Shown one piece after another: positions 1 through 8,177 of a stretch of 24,782 nucleotides of DNA. Below the pieces are notes generated by a model. The model made no database searches. It was not told the DNA's origin and worked only from the letters and a program-made list of their open reading frames with translations. Made by a program: the position numbers and the translations under genes. The DNA lies in NCBI GenBank assembly GCA_963789955.1, contig CAWBMV010000024.1, positions 1-24,782 of the forward strand, in the 5' to 3' direction. Position 1 is the stretch's first letter. Each line of letters begins with the position of its first letter. Origin of the DNA: an uncultured Candidatus Rokubacteria bacterium. Its GTDB lineage: Bacteria; Methylomirabilota; Methylomirabilia; Rokubacteriales; CSP1-6.

Positions 1-3
1 GGC

Positions 4-1404
4 ATGAGTGCCACCAAAGCCGCGCAGCGTGAAGCCGCGTCGCGAAACGACGAGCTGATCGACGCCGCTCTGATCCGCGGGTGGCTGGCCTGGGGGCTCG
101 GCTGGCTGCTCTTCTTCCCCACGATCGGCGCGTTCATCTCGACCAAGTTCAACTATCCGGAGTTCCTCGGCGATACGGCGTGGCTCACGTTCGGGCGGCT
201 GCGCCCGATGCACGTGAACGGGGTCATCTGGGGCGCCTTCTCCACGCTCTTCATCGGGCTCTGCTACTACATCGTGCCCCGCCTTACCGGCGTGCGCGTC
301 TGGGGCGAGCGCTGGAGCCGCGGTCTGTTGTGGATCTGGAACCTGAACCAGGCGGCGATCGTGGTGCTGCTGGCCCTGGGCTGGAACCGGGGCTGGGAGG
401 CGGGAGAGTTCCCGCTGATCAACGTGGTCGTGACGTTCGTGGCGCTCTCGTTCCTCACCCTGCAGTTCCTGATGACGATCAAGCAGCGCCGGGACCGGCC
501 GCTCTACGTCTCGCTCTGGTACCTGATCGCCGCGTTCGTCTGGACCGACGTGAACCTGGTGCTGCTCATGATCGGCCCCTCTCACATCCCCGGCATCAAC
601 AATGCGGCGTGGCACGGTCTCTTCATCCACTACGTCGTCGGCCTCTGGATCACGCCCGCCGGCTACGTCTTGATCTACTACTTCTTGCCGGCCAGTGTGA
701 AGAACCCGATCTATAGCCACCGGCTCTCGCTGATCGGCTTCTGGTCGCTCGCGTTCTTCTATCCGTTCGTCGGCATTCACCACTATCTCTACTCCCCGAT
801 CGCCGACTGGGCGGAGACGATCGCGATCGTCTCGTCGATGATGCTGATCATCCCCGTGTGGACCGTGCTCCAGAACTTCTTCGGCACGATGATCGGCCGG
901 TGGCCGGAGTTCTCGGGGAACCTGCCGGCGAAGTTCCTGATCGTCGGCTCGCTCATGTACCTGGTCGGCTGCTTCCAGGGCTCGATGGAGGCGCTCCGCT
1001 CGGTCCAGCAGCCCACGCACTTCACCGACTTCGTCATCTCGCACTCGCATCTCACGATCTTCGGCACGTTCGTCGTGTGGGCGATCGCCGGCACCATGTA
1101 CGTCTGGCCGCGGCTCGCCGGCGACGCTCCGCTGTGGAGCTTCCGCGCCGCCAACTGGGGATTCTGGCTCGTCACCCTGGGCATCGCGGCGATGGTGCTC
1201 GTGCTGGCCGCGCAGGGGCTGCAGCAGGGCTTCATGCTGATGGCCGGGACCGAATGGGTGCACTCGATCAACGCGATCCGGCCTTACTGGTGGGTCCGGA
1301 GCCTGACCGGCATTGCCATGGACGTCGGCGTCTCGCTGCTGGTCTACACGCTCATGAAGACGTCGCTCGCCGCGGCCGGCATGGCGTCGCCCGGCACACG
1401 ATGA
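4..1404 (+). CDS. ccoN: cbb3-type (C-family) heme-copper oxidase catalytic subunit I, divergent
   Basis: 466 aa, about 12 hydrophobic helices. Motifs: TFGRLRPMHVN (heme b His), HYVVG (CuB His; canonical HNAVG), YPFVGIHH (helix VII Tyr plus CuB His pair) and SHSHL (heme b3/b ligands). ATGA-coupled to ccoO. Confidence 0.9.
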   Translation: MSATKAAQREAASRNDELIDAALIRGWLAWGLGWLLFFPTIGAFISTKFNYPEFLGDTAWLTFGRLRPMHVNGVIWGAFSTLFIGLCYYIVPRLTGVRVWGERWSRGLLWIWNLNQAAIVVLLALGWNRGWEAGEFPLINVVVTFVALSFLTLQFLMTIKQRRDRPLYVSLWYLIAAFVWTDVNLVLLMIGPSHIPGINNAAWHGLFIHYVVGLWITPAGYVLIYYFLPASVKNPIYSHRLSLIGFWSLAFFYPFVGIHHYLYSPIADWAETIAIVSSMMLIIPVWTVLQNFFGTMIGRWPEFSGNLPAKFLIVGSLMYLVGCFQGSMEALRSVQQPTHFTDFVISHSHLTIFGTFVVWAIAGTMYVWPRLAGDAPLWSFRAANWGFWLVTLGIAAMVLVLAAQGLQQGFMLMAGTEWVHSINAIRPYWWVRSLTGIAMDVGVSLLVYTLMKTSLAAAGMASPGTR

Positions 1405-2993
1405 GATCGATCGGCTCGCTGGCGGTCGGCGCCGGCTTCTTCTTCGTGACCCTGGCGATGTTCGTCCAGGGCTTTCTGCCGGCGATGATCCCGGAATCAC
1501 GCTCCCGACAGGTGAGCCGCGCCGTGCGGACCGACGTGGGCGACGTGAAGTGGGTGCGCTACGACGCCTCGGACTACACACCCCTCGAGCGCGTGGGCCG
1601 GAGCGTCTACATCCGCGAGGGTTGCTGGTACTGCCACAGCCAGTACGTGCGGCCGGTGGCCGGCGAGGATCTGCGCTGGGGGCCGGTCTCCGAGGCCGGC
1701 GAGTACGCTTTCGACCGGCCGCATCTTTTCTCGACGCGCCGGATCGGCCCGGACCTGACGCGCGTCGGGCTCAAGTACGGTGACGACTGGCACTACGCGC
1801 ACCACTGGGATCCGCGTCTGGTCGTGCCGGACTCGATCATGCCGAGCTTCAAGTGGCTCTATACGCGGGTGCGTGTGCCGCTGCGAAATGCCGACGCGGG
1901 CCCGGTGCTCGCGGCGTCTCCGGAGCTGAAGACGTATTTCACGATGAAAGCGGAGACGTCGATTCCGCTCTATCCCAATGCCGACGGCCTCGCGTTCGTC
2001 GCGCCTCAAGCGAGCGGCCGGTGGCCGCTCGACGGCACGCCCGTCATCGACCTCAAGGCCTTCGGCGAACGGCCGCCCGCGTTCACGTCGGTCACCCTGG
2101 TATTCCCCACACAAGAGCTGGTCGGCCTGGTCCGCTACATCCAGAAGCTCGGCACCAACCGCGGCGCCTGGCGCGAGGTGTTCGAGCCGCAGATGGTCGG
2201 CGTGTCGGTCATGAACATCCCGAGCAGCCCGGATCTCCTGGCGCTCGGACGCGGCGTCTACTACTCCCGGTGCATGGGATGTCACGGGAAGAACGGCGAC
2301 GGCAACGGACCGGCCGCGACCTTCCTCTCTCCTCGTCCACGCAACTTCGCCCTCGGCATCTTCAAGTTCCGCACGACGCCCTCGGGCTCTGTGCCGACCG
2401 ATGGCGACCTGTACCGTACGGTCACGCGCGGTGTCCGTGGGACCGCCATGCCCACGTGGCATGAGCTACCGGACAAGGAGCGTCTGGCCGTCGTCGCGTT
2501 CATCAAGACCTTCTCGAGCCGCTTCAAGGATGAACACTCCGAGCCCGCGATCATCAAAGAACCACCCCCGGCCACGGCCGAGCTCATCGCGCGCGGGAAA
2601 GATCTCTATCGCGCCGCCGAGTGCTTCCAGTGCCACGGTGAGAACGGCAAGGGTGACGACTTCACTCGCGGCCAGTTCAAGAGCGGGTCCACCGTTCGCG
2701 ACATCTTCCGCACGATGACCCTCGGGCTCGACGGCTCGCCGATGCCCTCGTTCGCCGACTCGATGAGCGAGGAGGAGCGCTGGGCGATCTCGTACTACGT
2801 GCTCTCACTCTCGGCCTGGAAGGATCCGTTGACGGGCGAGACGCTCGACCTGCCGGCCGCCGCGCGCGCGGCGCTCGACTCGCCGGATGTCGCCGCCGAT
2901 CATCCGCGCTTCGCCCTCGATCCCGCGCGGCTCGAGCCCGTCGCGACCGAGCGAGCCAAGTCACGAACCCTGTATCCTGGAATTCGCGAATGA
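1401..2993 (+). CDS. ccoO: cbb3 oxidase subunit II (CcoO/FixO) fused to two further class I cytochrome c domains (3 CxxCH)
   Basis: The start is the ATG at 1401 overlapping the ccoN stop, not the track start at 858. An N-terminal TM is followed by the CcoO motifs REGCWYCHSQYVRP, RIGPDL and SIMPSF. Then come CMGCH...AMPTW and CFQCH...PMPSF. 530 aa. Confidence 0.88.
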   Translation: MRSIGSLAVGAGFFFVTLAMFVQGFLPAMIPESRSRQVSRAVRTDVGDVKWVRYDASDYTPLERVGRSVYIREGCWYCHSQYVRPVAGEDLRWGPVSEAGEYAFDRPHLFSTRRIGPDLTRVGLKYGDDWHYAHHWDPRLVVPDSIMPSFKWLYTRVRVPLRNADAGPVLAASPELKTYFTMKAETSIPLYPNADGLAFVAPQASGRWPLDGTPVIDLKAFGERPPAFTSVTLVFPTQELVGLVRYIQKLGTNRGAWREVFEPQMVGVSVMNIPSSPDLLALGRGVYYSRCMGCHGKNGDGNGPAATFLSPRPRNFALGIFKFRTTPSGSVPTDGDLYRTVTRGVRGTAMPTWHELPDKERLAVVAFIKTFSSRFKDEHSEPAIIKEPPPATAELIARGKDLYRAAECFQCHGENGKGDDFTRGQFKSGSTVRDIFRTMTLGLDGSPMPSFADSMSEEERWAISYYVLSLSAWKDPLTGETLDLPAAARAALDSPDVAADHPRFALDPARLEPVATERAKSRTLYPGIRE

Positions 2994-3157
2994 TCGAACA
3001 CCTGACGCTCGGCGCATTCGCGGTGGCGCTCCTGATGAGTCTCGCGGCCGTGTGCGCCTTCGTCTGGGGCGCCACGAGCGGCGCGTTTCGCGGCGGCGAG
3101 CGCATCAAGCATCAGGTGCTCCACGTGGAGGGGGTGGATGAGCGAAAGGACGCCTGA
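2990..3157 (+). CDS. ccoS: CcoS/FixS-like cbb3 oxidase maturation protein (55 aa)
   Basis: Not in the ORF track. Translated by hand: MIEHLTLGAFAVALLMSLAAVCAFVWGATSGAFRGGERIKHQVLHVEGVDERKDA. A single TM is followed by FVWG..SG.F, resembling the FixS F-x-W-x-x-x-SGQF motif. ATGA overlap with the ccoO stop. Confidence 0.7.
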   Translation: MIEHLTLGAFAVALLMSLAAVCAFVWGATSGAFRGGERIKHQVLHVEGVDERKDA

Positions 3158-3332
3158 GCATCACCCGAAGTACGGTGAGGTCGCGCCCTATGCGCAGGGC
3201 GAGATCCGTGTCTATCGCGGCATCGTCAACAAGTGGCTCCTGGTCGTCTACGCGATCCTCGCTGTCTGGGGCGTCTACTATCTCTTCAAGTTCTGGGGCG
3301 GGCTCGGACCCGGCCTTGGCGTCGGTCAGTAG
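3138..3332 (+). CDS. small single-TM protein resembling the CcoP N-terminal segment (possible accessory oxidase subunit)
   Basis: 64 aa with a GGAGG RBS upstream. GEI...VNKWLLVVYAILAVWGVYY resembles the GIxExxNPxPxWW...W...Y pattern of CcoP_N. No heme motif. Confidence 0.65.
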   Translation: MSERTPEHHPKYGEVAPYAQGEIRVYRGIVNKWLLVVYAILAVWGVYYLFKFWGGLGPGLGVGQ

Positions 3333-3341
3333 GAGCCGGAC

Positions 3342-3446
3342 ATGAGGGCCGAGCACGTCCTGATCCCGCTGGCGCTGTTGAATCTGTTCACCTTGCTCCT
3401 CGGACTCCTGTTCAACGTCTTCGCGAGCTACCTGGGGATCACGTAG
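3342..3446 (+). CDS. 34-aa hydrophobic micro-protein
   Basis: AGGAG at 3331-3335, ATG at 3342, TAG at 3444-3446. Sequence MRAEHVLIPLALLNLFTLLLGLLFNVFASYLGIT. It fills the gap between the 64-aa ORF and ctaG. Confidence 0.6.
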   Translation: MRAEHVLIPLALLNLFTLLLGLLFNVFASYLGIT

Positions 3447-3451
3447 CGTCG

Positions 3452-4255
3452 ATGACCGTTCGGCCCGAAGTCGCCGCGCCCGTTCTGCTCGTTGCGGGGG
3501 CCTACGCGGTCGGCTGGTGGCAGCTGCGGCGCCGCGGCGCGACGGTCTCGGGGTGGCGCGTCGCCGCGTCAGTGGGCGGATGGCTCGCCGTGCTCGTCGC
3601 GCTCTCGGCACCCCTCGACCGGCTGGCGCACGCGAGCTTCGCGGCTCACATGGTGCAGCACCTGCTGCTGGTCGCCGGCGCCGCGCCCCTCCTGCTCTTG
3701 GCCAATCCTTTCGCTGCGCTCTGCTGGGCGTTGCCGGCGCCGCTGCGCACGCGCGCCGGGCGCCTGCTTCGCGTGGGGGCGCCACTGCGCCTGCTGTGGC
3801 GCGGGCTCACCACCGTCTCGCTGGCGTGGCTCACGCACGTGGCCGCGCTCTGGCTCTGGCATCTGCCGCGCGCCTACGATGCGGCCGTTGCCGATCGCGT
3901 CGTCCACGACGTGGAGCACCTGGTCTTCTTCGGCACGGCCGTGCTGTTCTGGTGGCCGATCATCCAGCCGGCGCCGCGGCTGCGGCCGCCGGCGGGCTAC
4001 GGGATCCGCGTGAGCTATCTCGTGCTCGCGGCTCTGCAGGGCTCGCTCCTCGGCCTGCTCCTCACGATGAGCCGCGAGGCATGGTACCGCGCCTATCCGA
4101 GCGCGGAGGACCAGTCGCTCGGCGGCCTGGTCATGTGGGGCGTCGGCGGCGCCGTGGACATGCTGGCCGTGCTGATCTTGCTCGGCATCTATCTCGGGGC
4201 GCAGGACCGGGCGCCGCTCGCGAAGCCGGCGGGAAAGCTTCCGCCGGCTGTCTAG
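3452..4255 (+). CDS. ctaG: Caa3_CtaG-family cytochrome c oxidase assembly (copper delivery) factor
   Basis: Motifs HMVQHLLL, WLWHLPRAYD, HDVEH, FWWP and EDQSLGGLVMW. Multi-TM. Likely start is the ATG at 3452, 5 nt after the upstream stop. Confidence 0.85.
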   Translation: MTVRPEVAAPVLLVAGAYAVGWWQLRRRGATVSGWRVAASVGGWLAVLVALSAPLDRLAHASFAAHMVQHLLLVAGAAPLLLLANPFAALCWALPAPLRTRAGRLLRVGAPLRLLWRGLTTVSLAWLTHVAALWLWHLPRAYDAAVADRVVHDVEHLVFFGTAVLFWWPIIQPAPRLRPPAGYGIRVSYLVLAALQGSLLGLLLTMSREAWYRAYPSAEDQSLGGLVMWGVGGAVDMLAVLILLGIYLGAQDRAPLAKPAGKLPPAV

Positions 4256-5178
4256 GGCCGGTCTCGGAACACTGCGGCCCGATGCGTCTGCGGCAGGAAG
4301 GCGTACACGACGTTGCGGGCCGCGTCGAAGCCGATGGTGTGCGCACCCCGCTCGGTCGGAACGCTCTCGAGGCGGCGCATCGTCTCCGTGTCGAAGACGT
4401 CAATGACTCCGGGATCGCCGATCGCGACATAGAGGCGCTTGCAGACAGCGTTGCGGAAGACAACGTCCGGCACACCGCTGATCGCGTGCTCGCTCCGCAC
4501 GGCGCCCGACTGCGCATCGACCACGAGCAGCACCTGGCCGTCGCACGCGCAGAAGAGACGCCGTGCGGCCGGATCGAGGTCGAGCCCATGCGGGCCCGTC
4601 GCCGGCATCGAAAACGCAGCGGCGAGCCGCGTCGGGTCGGCGCTGTGGATCGCGACGATCTGCGGCGGATCGGCGATGTTGACGTAGAATCGCCCGCTCT
4701 CGTCGTCGAAAACGCTCCACCGGGTCCGCCCCGACACCGGGATGCTGGCGATCACGGTCCGCGTGCCGACGTCGACGAGCGAGACCGTGAACGACCCTGG
4801 TCGCGCCGGATCGCCGACGTTCGCCGCGAGCAGCAGTCGATGGCCGGCGTCGTAGGCGAGGCCGTTGGGCCCGATGCCGACCTTCACCTTGGCCACTTTC
4901 TCCTCGCCGGACGGCGAGAAGATCCCCACGGTGTTCTCCCCGCGATTGGAGGTGAACACCAGGTCGTGGGTCTCGGACACCAGCGCTCCGGCGACCCGCG
5001 GCAGCTGCGAGATGGAGCGAAGATACTTGCCGGTCGTGCAGTCGATCACGTCGACGGCGTCGTTTGCCGTGTGGGCGACGTAGAGCAGTCTCCTCCCGCT
5101 GTGGATGGCCGCGTGATCGAACCCGCCCGAGCTCGCGTGCGGGGGAAGGTCGATGTAGCCGACGTGTTCTAGCGCCAT
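4252..5178 (-). CDS. YncE/YVTN-like beta-propeller protein without an obvious signal peptide
   Basis: 308 aa with repeated blades (GGFDH, RLLYVA, GPNGLAYD, PHGLDLD, RRLFCAC, GAHTIGFD). Confidence 0.8.
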   Translation of the reverse strand: MALEHVGYIDLPPHASSGGFDHAAIHSGRRLLYVAHTANDAVDVIDCTTGKYLRSISQLPRVAGALVSETHDLVFTSNRGENTVGIFSPSGEEKVAKVKVGIGPNGLAYDAGHRLLLAANVGDPARPGSFTVSLVDVGTRTVIASIPVSGRTRWSVFDDESGRFYVNIADPPQIVAIHSADPTRLAAAFSMPATGPHGLDLDPAARRLFCACDGQVLLVVDAQSGAVRSEHAISGVPDVVFRNAVCKRLYVAIGDPGVIDVFDTETMRRLESVPTERGAHTIGFDAARNVVYAFLPQTHRAAVFRDRP

Positions 5179-5199
5179 GGGTCCGGCCTTTCGCTTGCT

Positions 5200-5640
5200 C
5201 TAGCTGTGCCGAGCGCCGGCCACGTTCGCCCGGCAGTACGCGTAGAGAGCGTCGTACGCGTGGAACTGCCGGCTCATGTTGTCGTGGTCGTCCTTGGCGA
5301 TAGCCTGGAAGCCGGTCGCCAGCGCGTAGAGGCCCGCCGACTCCGGTGTCAGCTGGCGCGCGTCGGTGTCCGCGCCTCGCACGATGACCGCGAGCGCCTG
5401 CAGCGCCGGATCCTCGAGCTTGTGCTTGCCGAGGAACGCATCGAAGGAGCAGCGGTCACCGACGTGGCCGAGCTCGACCCCGGGAACGTCGTAGGGGATG
5501 GCCCCTTCCCGCTCGGCGACCGCCATGACCTGGTTGGCCGGCACGAAGAGAAACGTCGGATTCTTGTCGATGAAGCGCGTGATCAGCCACGGACAGGCGA
5601 TGCGGTCGACGCGCGCCTTTTCACGAGTCACCCATTTCAT
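5200..5640 (-). CDS. ChrB C-terminal-domain-only protein (ChrF-like, chromate resistance family)
   Basis: MKWVTRE...VDRIACPWLI.RFID, PYDVPGVELGH.GDRCSFD and IVRGADT. GAGGAG RBS. 146 aa. Confidence 0.88.
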   Translation of the reverse strand: MKWVTREKARVDRIACPWLITRFIDKNPTFLFVPANQVMAVAEREGAIPYDVPGVELGHVGDRCSFDAFLGKHKLEDPALQALAVIVRGADTDARQLTPESAGLYALATGFQAIAKDDHDNMSRQFHAYDALYAYCRANVAGARHS

Positions 5641-5655
5641 CGCGATCTCCTCTTC

Positions 5656-6549
5656 CTATTTCGCCTTGACGCTGTTGGTCTGGTCGAGCGCGGCCTTCAG
5701 ACCCTGGGCGAGCTTCGCCGGGTCGTCGTTGGCCCAGAAGTGCATGTAGAAGAGCCGCGGCGTGTCCATGAGCCCATGGTTGTGGATCGCGGTCACGTCG
5801 ATCCCGTGCTGCCGCAACGTCTTCGCAACGGCATTCACTTCTTTGTCGACGAGCACGAAATCGCCGGTGATCGCCGCTTTGCCATCCGCCGTCGGCTGGA
5901 AGTTCATCACTGTCACCACGCCCATGGCGGGCAACAACGGCTGCCCCATCTCGGTGATGGCCTCCGTGCGGGGGACGGTGACCTGGTACACGCCGCCGCC
6001 GATGTCCCGCCCCTGACGGCCGAGCGCCTGCTCGATCTGCTTCGTGTCCAGGGCCGGACCGCCGGACACCGCGGCCGCCGGCGCGACGCCCAGAGGTGTC
6101 CCGCTGGCCGACAGGGCCTGGCGCAGCGCCTTCGCCAGCTGGATCGCATCGCCGTGGCCCTCGTAGTGCATGTACATGACATGCGGCGACATCTCGTTCA
6201 GGTGGTTGTGCACCGCGGTGACCTCGAGCCCGCCGCCGAAGAGGCCCGACATCACCGCGGGCACTTCCTGGTCGAGCAGAACGAGATCGCCCATGACCAT
6301 CGCGTGGTCGCCCATCTGCTTGAAGGCCGCGTAGGATCCGAGCGCGAATCCCGGTTTGACCGGGACGCCCTTCACGGTGACCGCCAGATCCGCCCGAGGC
6401 ATCCCGACACGGAAGACATCGCCGGCCTGCAGCTGGCCCGACTTGCCGAGCGCCTGCTCCACCGCTTTCCAGTCGGGGTCGGCGGCCCATGTCACGACCG
6501 GCACGACGCCCAGCACGATGAGAGCGAGAAGAACGATCGCGTGTTTCAT
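5656..6549 (-). CDS. DUF1259 (LppY/LpqO-like) secreted protein with two tandem domains
   Basis: Start MKHAIVLL at 6549, ATGA-coupled. Sec-type signal peptide. Duplicated motif GD.VL...EV..V...TA(V/I)HNH.....P...YMH. 297 aa. Confidence 0.85.
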   Translation of the reverse strand: MKHAIVLLALIVLGVVPVVTWAADPDWKAVEQALGKSGQLQAGDVFRVGMPRADLAVTVKGVPVKPGFALGSYAAFKQMGDHAMVMGDLVLLDQEVPAVMSGLFGGGLEVTAVHNHLNEMSPHVMYMHYEGHGDAIQLAKALRQALSASGTPLGVAPAAAVSGGPALDTKQIEQALGRQGRDIGGGVYQVTVPRTEAITEMGQPLLPAMGVVTVMNFQPTADGKAAITGDFVLVDKEVNAVAKTLRQHGIDVTAIHNHGLMDTPRLFYMHFWANDDPAKLAQGLKAALDQTNSVKAK

Positions 6550-7217
6550 TGGCCGCTTCCTTTCACGCCACGAACATGGAGGTCGTCGAACGCGGTGACC
6601 GAATCGGCCTTGGTCCAGAACCCGACGCGTCCGGACTTGAAGCGCGCGTCGCGATGGTCCAGGTGGAGCTTGCCGTCCAGCCACGCCTGCATGTGGTCGC
6701 CCACGGCCACGAGACGCACGGTGTGCCACTGGCCGAGCGCCGGAGCTTTCACGGAGGCCGTTGCGAGCTGTCGCCGGCCGCGGTCGTACGAGTAGAGCCG
6801 CAAGTTGTCCTCAAGCGCGTTCGCGCGCACGACGTAGTACTTGCCGTCGGTGAACCGGAACACGATGCCGCCCGATGCATCCTCCCGGCCCGCGATCGGC
6901 TTGAACTTCATCGAGACCTCGACGTCGCCGTACGGCAAGCCCGGCGCCACGATGACGTTGAACTCGTTCTTCGTTGCCCGCTGCACCAGGACCTTCTTAC
7001 CGCTCGGCGCAGCCATCATCGCTTCCACGGCCCACTGCCCGCTGACCGAGGTCCAGCTCTCGATTCCCTGAGACTCGAAGTCGAACGTTTCCTCCGGAAC
7101 GTTGTCCGGCATCTTGATCTCCGTCACGCCCGCGTCCGCGAGCGGACCACGCGTGATTCCATATGCGCCGAGCGCTGCCAGGACGGCCCTGAACCACCCA
7201 CGTCGCGACGTCGTCAC
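6546..7217 (-). CDS. Tat-exported concanavalin/DUF1080 (3-keto-disaccharide hydrolase-like) beta-sandwich protein
   Basis: Twin-arginine motif TSRRGWF. Also GGIVFR..D..YYVVRANALEDN, WHTVRL and SGRVGFWTKADSVTAFDD. The start is GTG 7217 or TTG 7220. Confidence 0.75.
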   Translation of the reverse strand: MTTSRRGWFRAVLAALGAYGITRGPLADAGVTEIKMPDNVPEETFDFESQGIESWTSVSGQWAVEAMMAAPSGKKVLVQRATKNEFNVIVAPGLPYGDVEVSMKFKPIAGREDASGGIVFRFTDGKYYVVRANALEDNLRLYSYDRGRRQLATASVKAPALGQWHTVRLVAVGDHMQAWLDGKLHLDHRDARFKSGRVGFWTKADSVTAFDDLHVRGVKGSGQ

Positions 7218-7220
7218 CAA

Positions 7221-8177
7221 CTACGCCTTCTTCTGCTTCAAGACTGCGTGCAGGCCGTCGAAGATGGCCATACCGCGCTCCAGCAGGTCGTGATCGTCCG
7301 GCGTGGCCTCGGCGAGCGCGCGGATGGCCAGATCCACGCCCGTCGACTCGTTGCGCGTGAACTTCCCGTCGTGCAGGTCCGCCTCGTGAACGATCTCCGC
7401 GATGAGCTTGACCCGCCGGTCCTTGAGCCCGAACCGCTTGACCAGGGTCTCGAACGTGCAGTCCTCGCCGTGGTGGCCGAAATCCGCGCCCAGCACGTCG
7501 AAGGGAATGCCCTTGCGGGTGGCGTCGGCCGCGTCGGCGAACGCGAACTTCGCCTGGGGATCGCAGAAGCGCTTGATGAGCCAGGCCGACGCGATGCGGT
7601 CGATGTGCGGCCGGGGCCGCGTGACCCATGTACTGCCCGCCGCGGGCAGCGACGTGCGGTGGCGCCCGCCGGTCGCGCGCGGGCGCGTCTCCGTCGCCCG
7701 CAGGCGCTTCGCCGTCGTCTCCCAGAGCGCGCGGGCGCGCTCGCCCGCCGGCGCCTCGAGATAGTCGATCGACTGGATGCGGTCGAGCTCGCGCTTGAGC
7801 CCATCGAGCTTGGCGCGGAGGGCCGGGATCGAGCCGCGGTGGCTCGTCCGGTAGCGATCGAGCTGCGCGAGGATCTCTCGGGAGCCTTGCACCACGGCCT
7901 GATATTCCGGGTTCCGGGCCTTGTGAAACATCCCGGCGATCTCCTCATCGCTCATCGTCTCGACGCGATCGACCCGGAGCAGGGTCGCCTCGCCGCGAAA
8001 CGACTGGATCTCCTGGACGAGCCACTGGAAGAGCTCGGTCGTCTCCGGCGTTTCCGGCAGCATCCACCCGGCGCCGCGCAGCCGGACGGCGCCCATGCGC
8101 TGGAGCTTGCGCCAGACGCCGACGCGGTGTCGGGTCGGCTTGGGCGGCAGGGCCGTGAGGAGGGTCAGCCAGCGCAT
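7221..8177 (-). CDS. chrB: chromate-responsive regulator ChrB (ChrB_N + ChrB_C)
   Basis: N-domain MRWLTLL..LP..PTRHRVGVWRKLQRMGA...FQWLVQEI..IDY. C-domain WVTRPRPHIDRIASAWLIKRF, FGHHGEDCTFE and IVHEADL. ATG at 8177, 318 aa. Divergent from chrA. Confidence 0.92.
   Translation of the reverse strand: MRWLTLLTALPPKPTRHRVGVWRKLQRMGAVRLRGAGWMLPETPETTELFQWLVQEIQSFRGEATLLRVDRVETMSDEEIAGMFHKARNPEYQAVVQGSREILAQLDRYRTSHRGSIPALRAKLDGLKRELDRIQSIDYLEAPAGERARALWETTAKRLRATETRPRATGGRHRTSLPAAGSTWVTRPRPHIDRIASAWLIKRFCDPQAKFAFADAADATRKGIPFDVLGADFGHHGEDCTFETLVKRFGLKDRRVKLIAEIVHEADLHDGKFTRNESTGVDLAIRALAEATPDDHDLLERGMAIFDGLHAVLKQKKA

Noticed and set aside
858..1400. N-terminal extension of the 711-aa CcoO ORF
   Set aside because: It overlaps ccoN out of frame. 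The ATGA-coupled start at 1401 gives a normal CcoO N-terminus.
7215..7223. chrB TAG immediately followed in frame by the Tat-protein start (possible amber read-through)
   Set aside because: The downstream protein has its own Tat signal and a GAAGG RBS-like sequence. A fusion would bury the signal, and there is no recoding element or pyrrolysine machinery in view.
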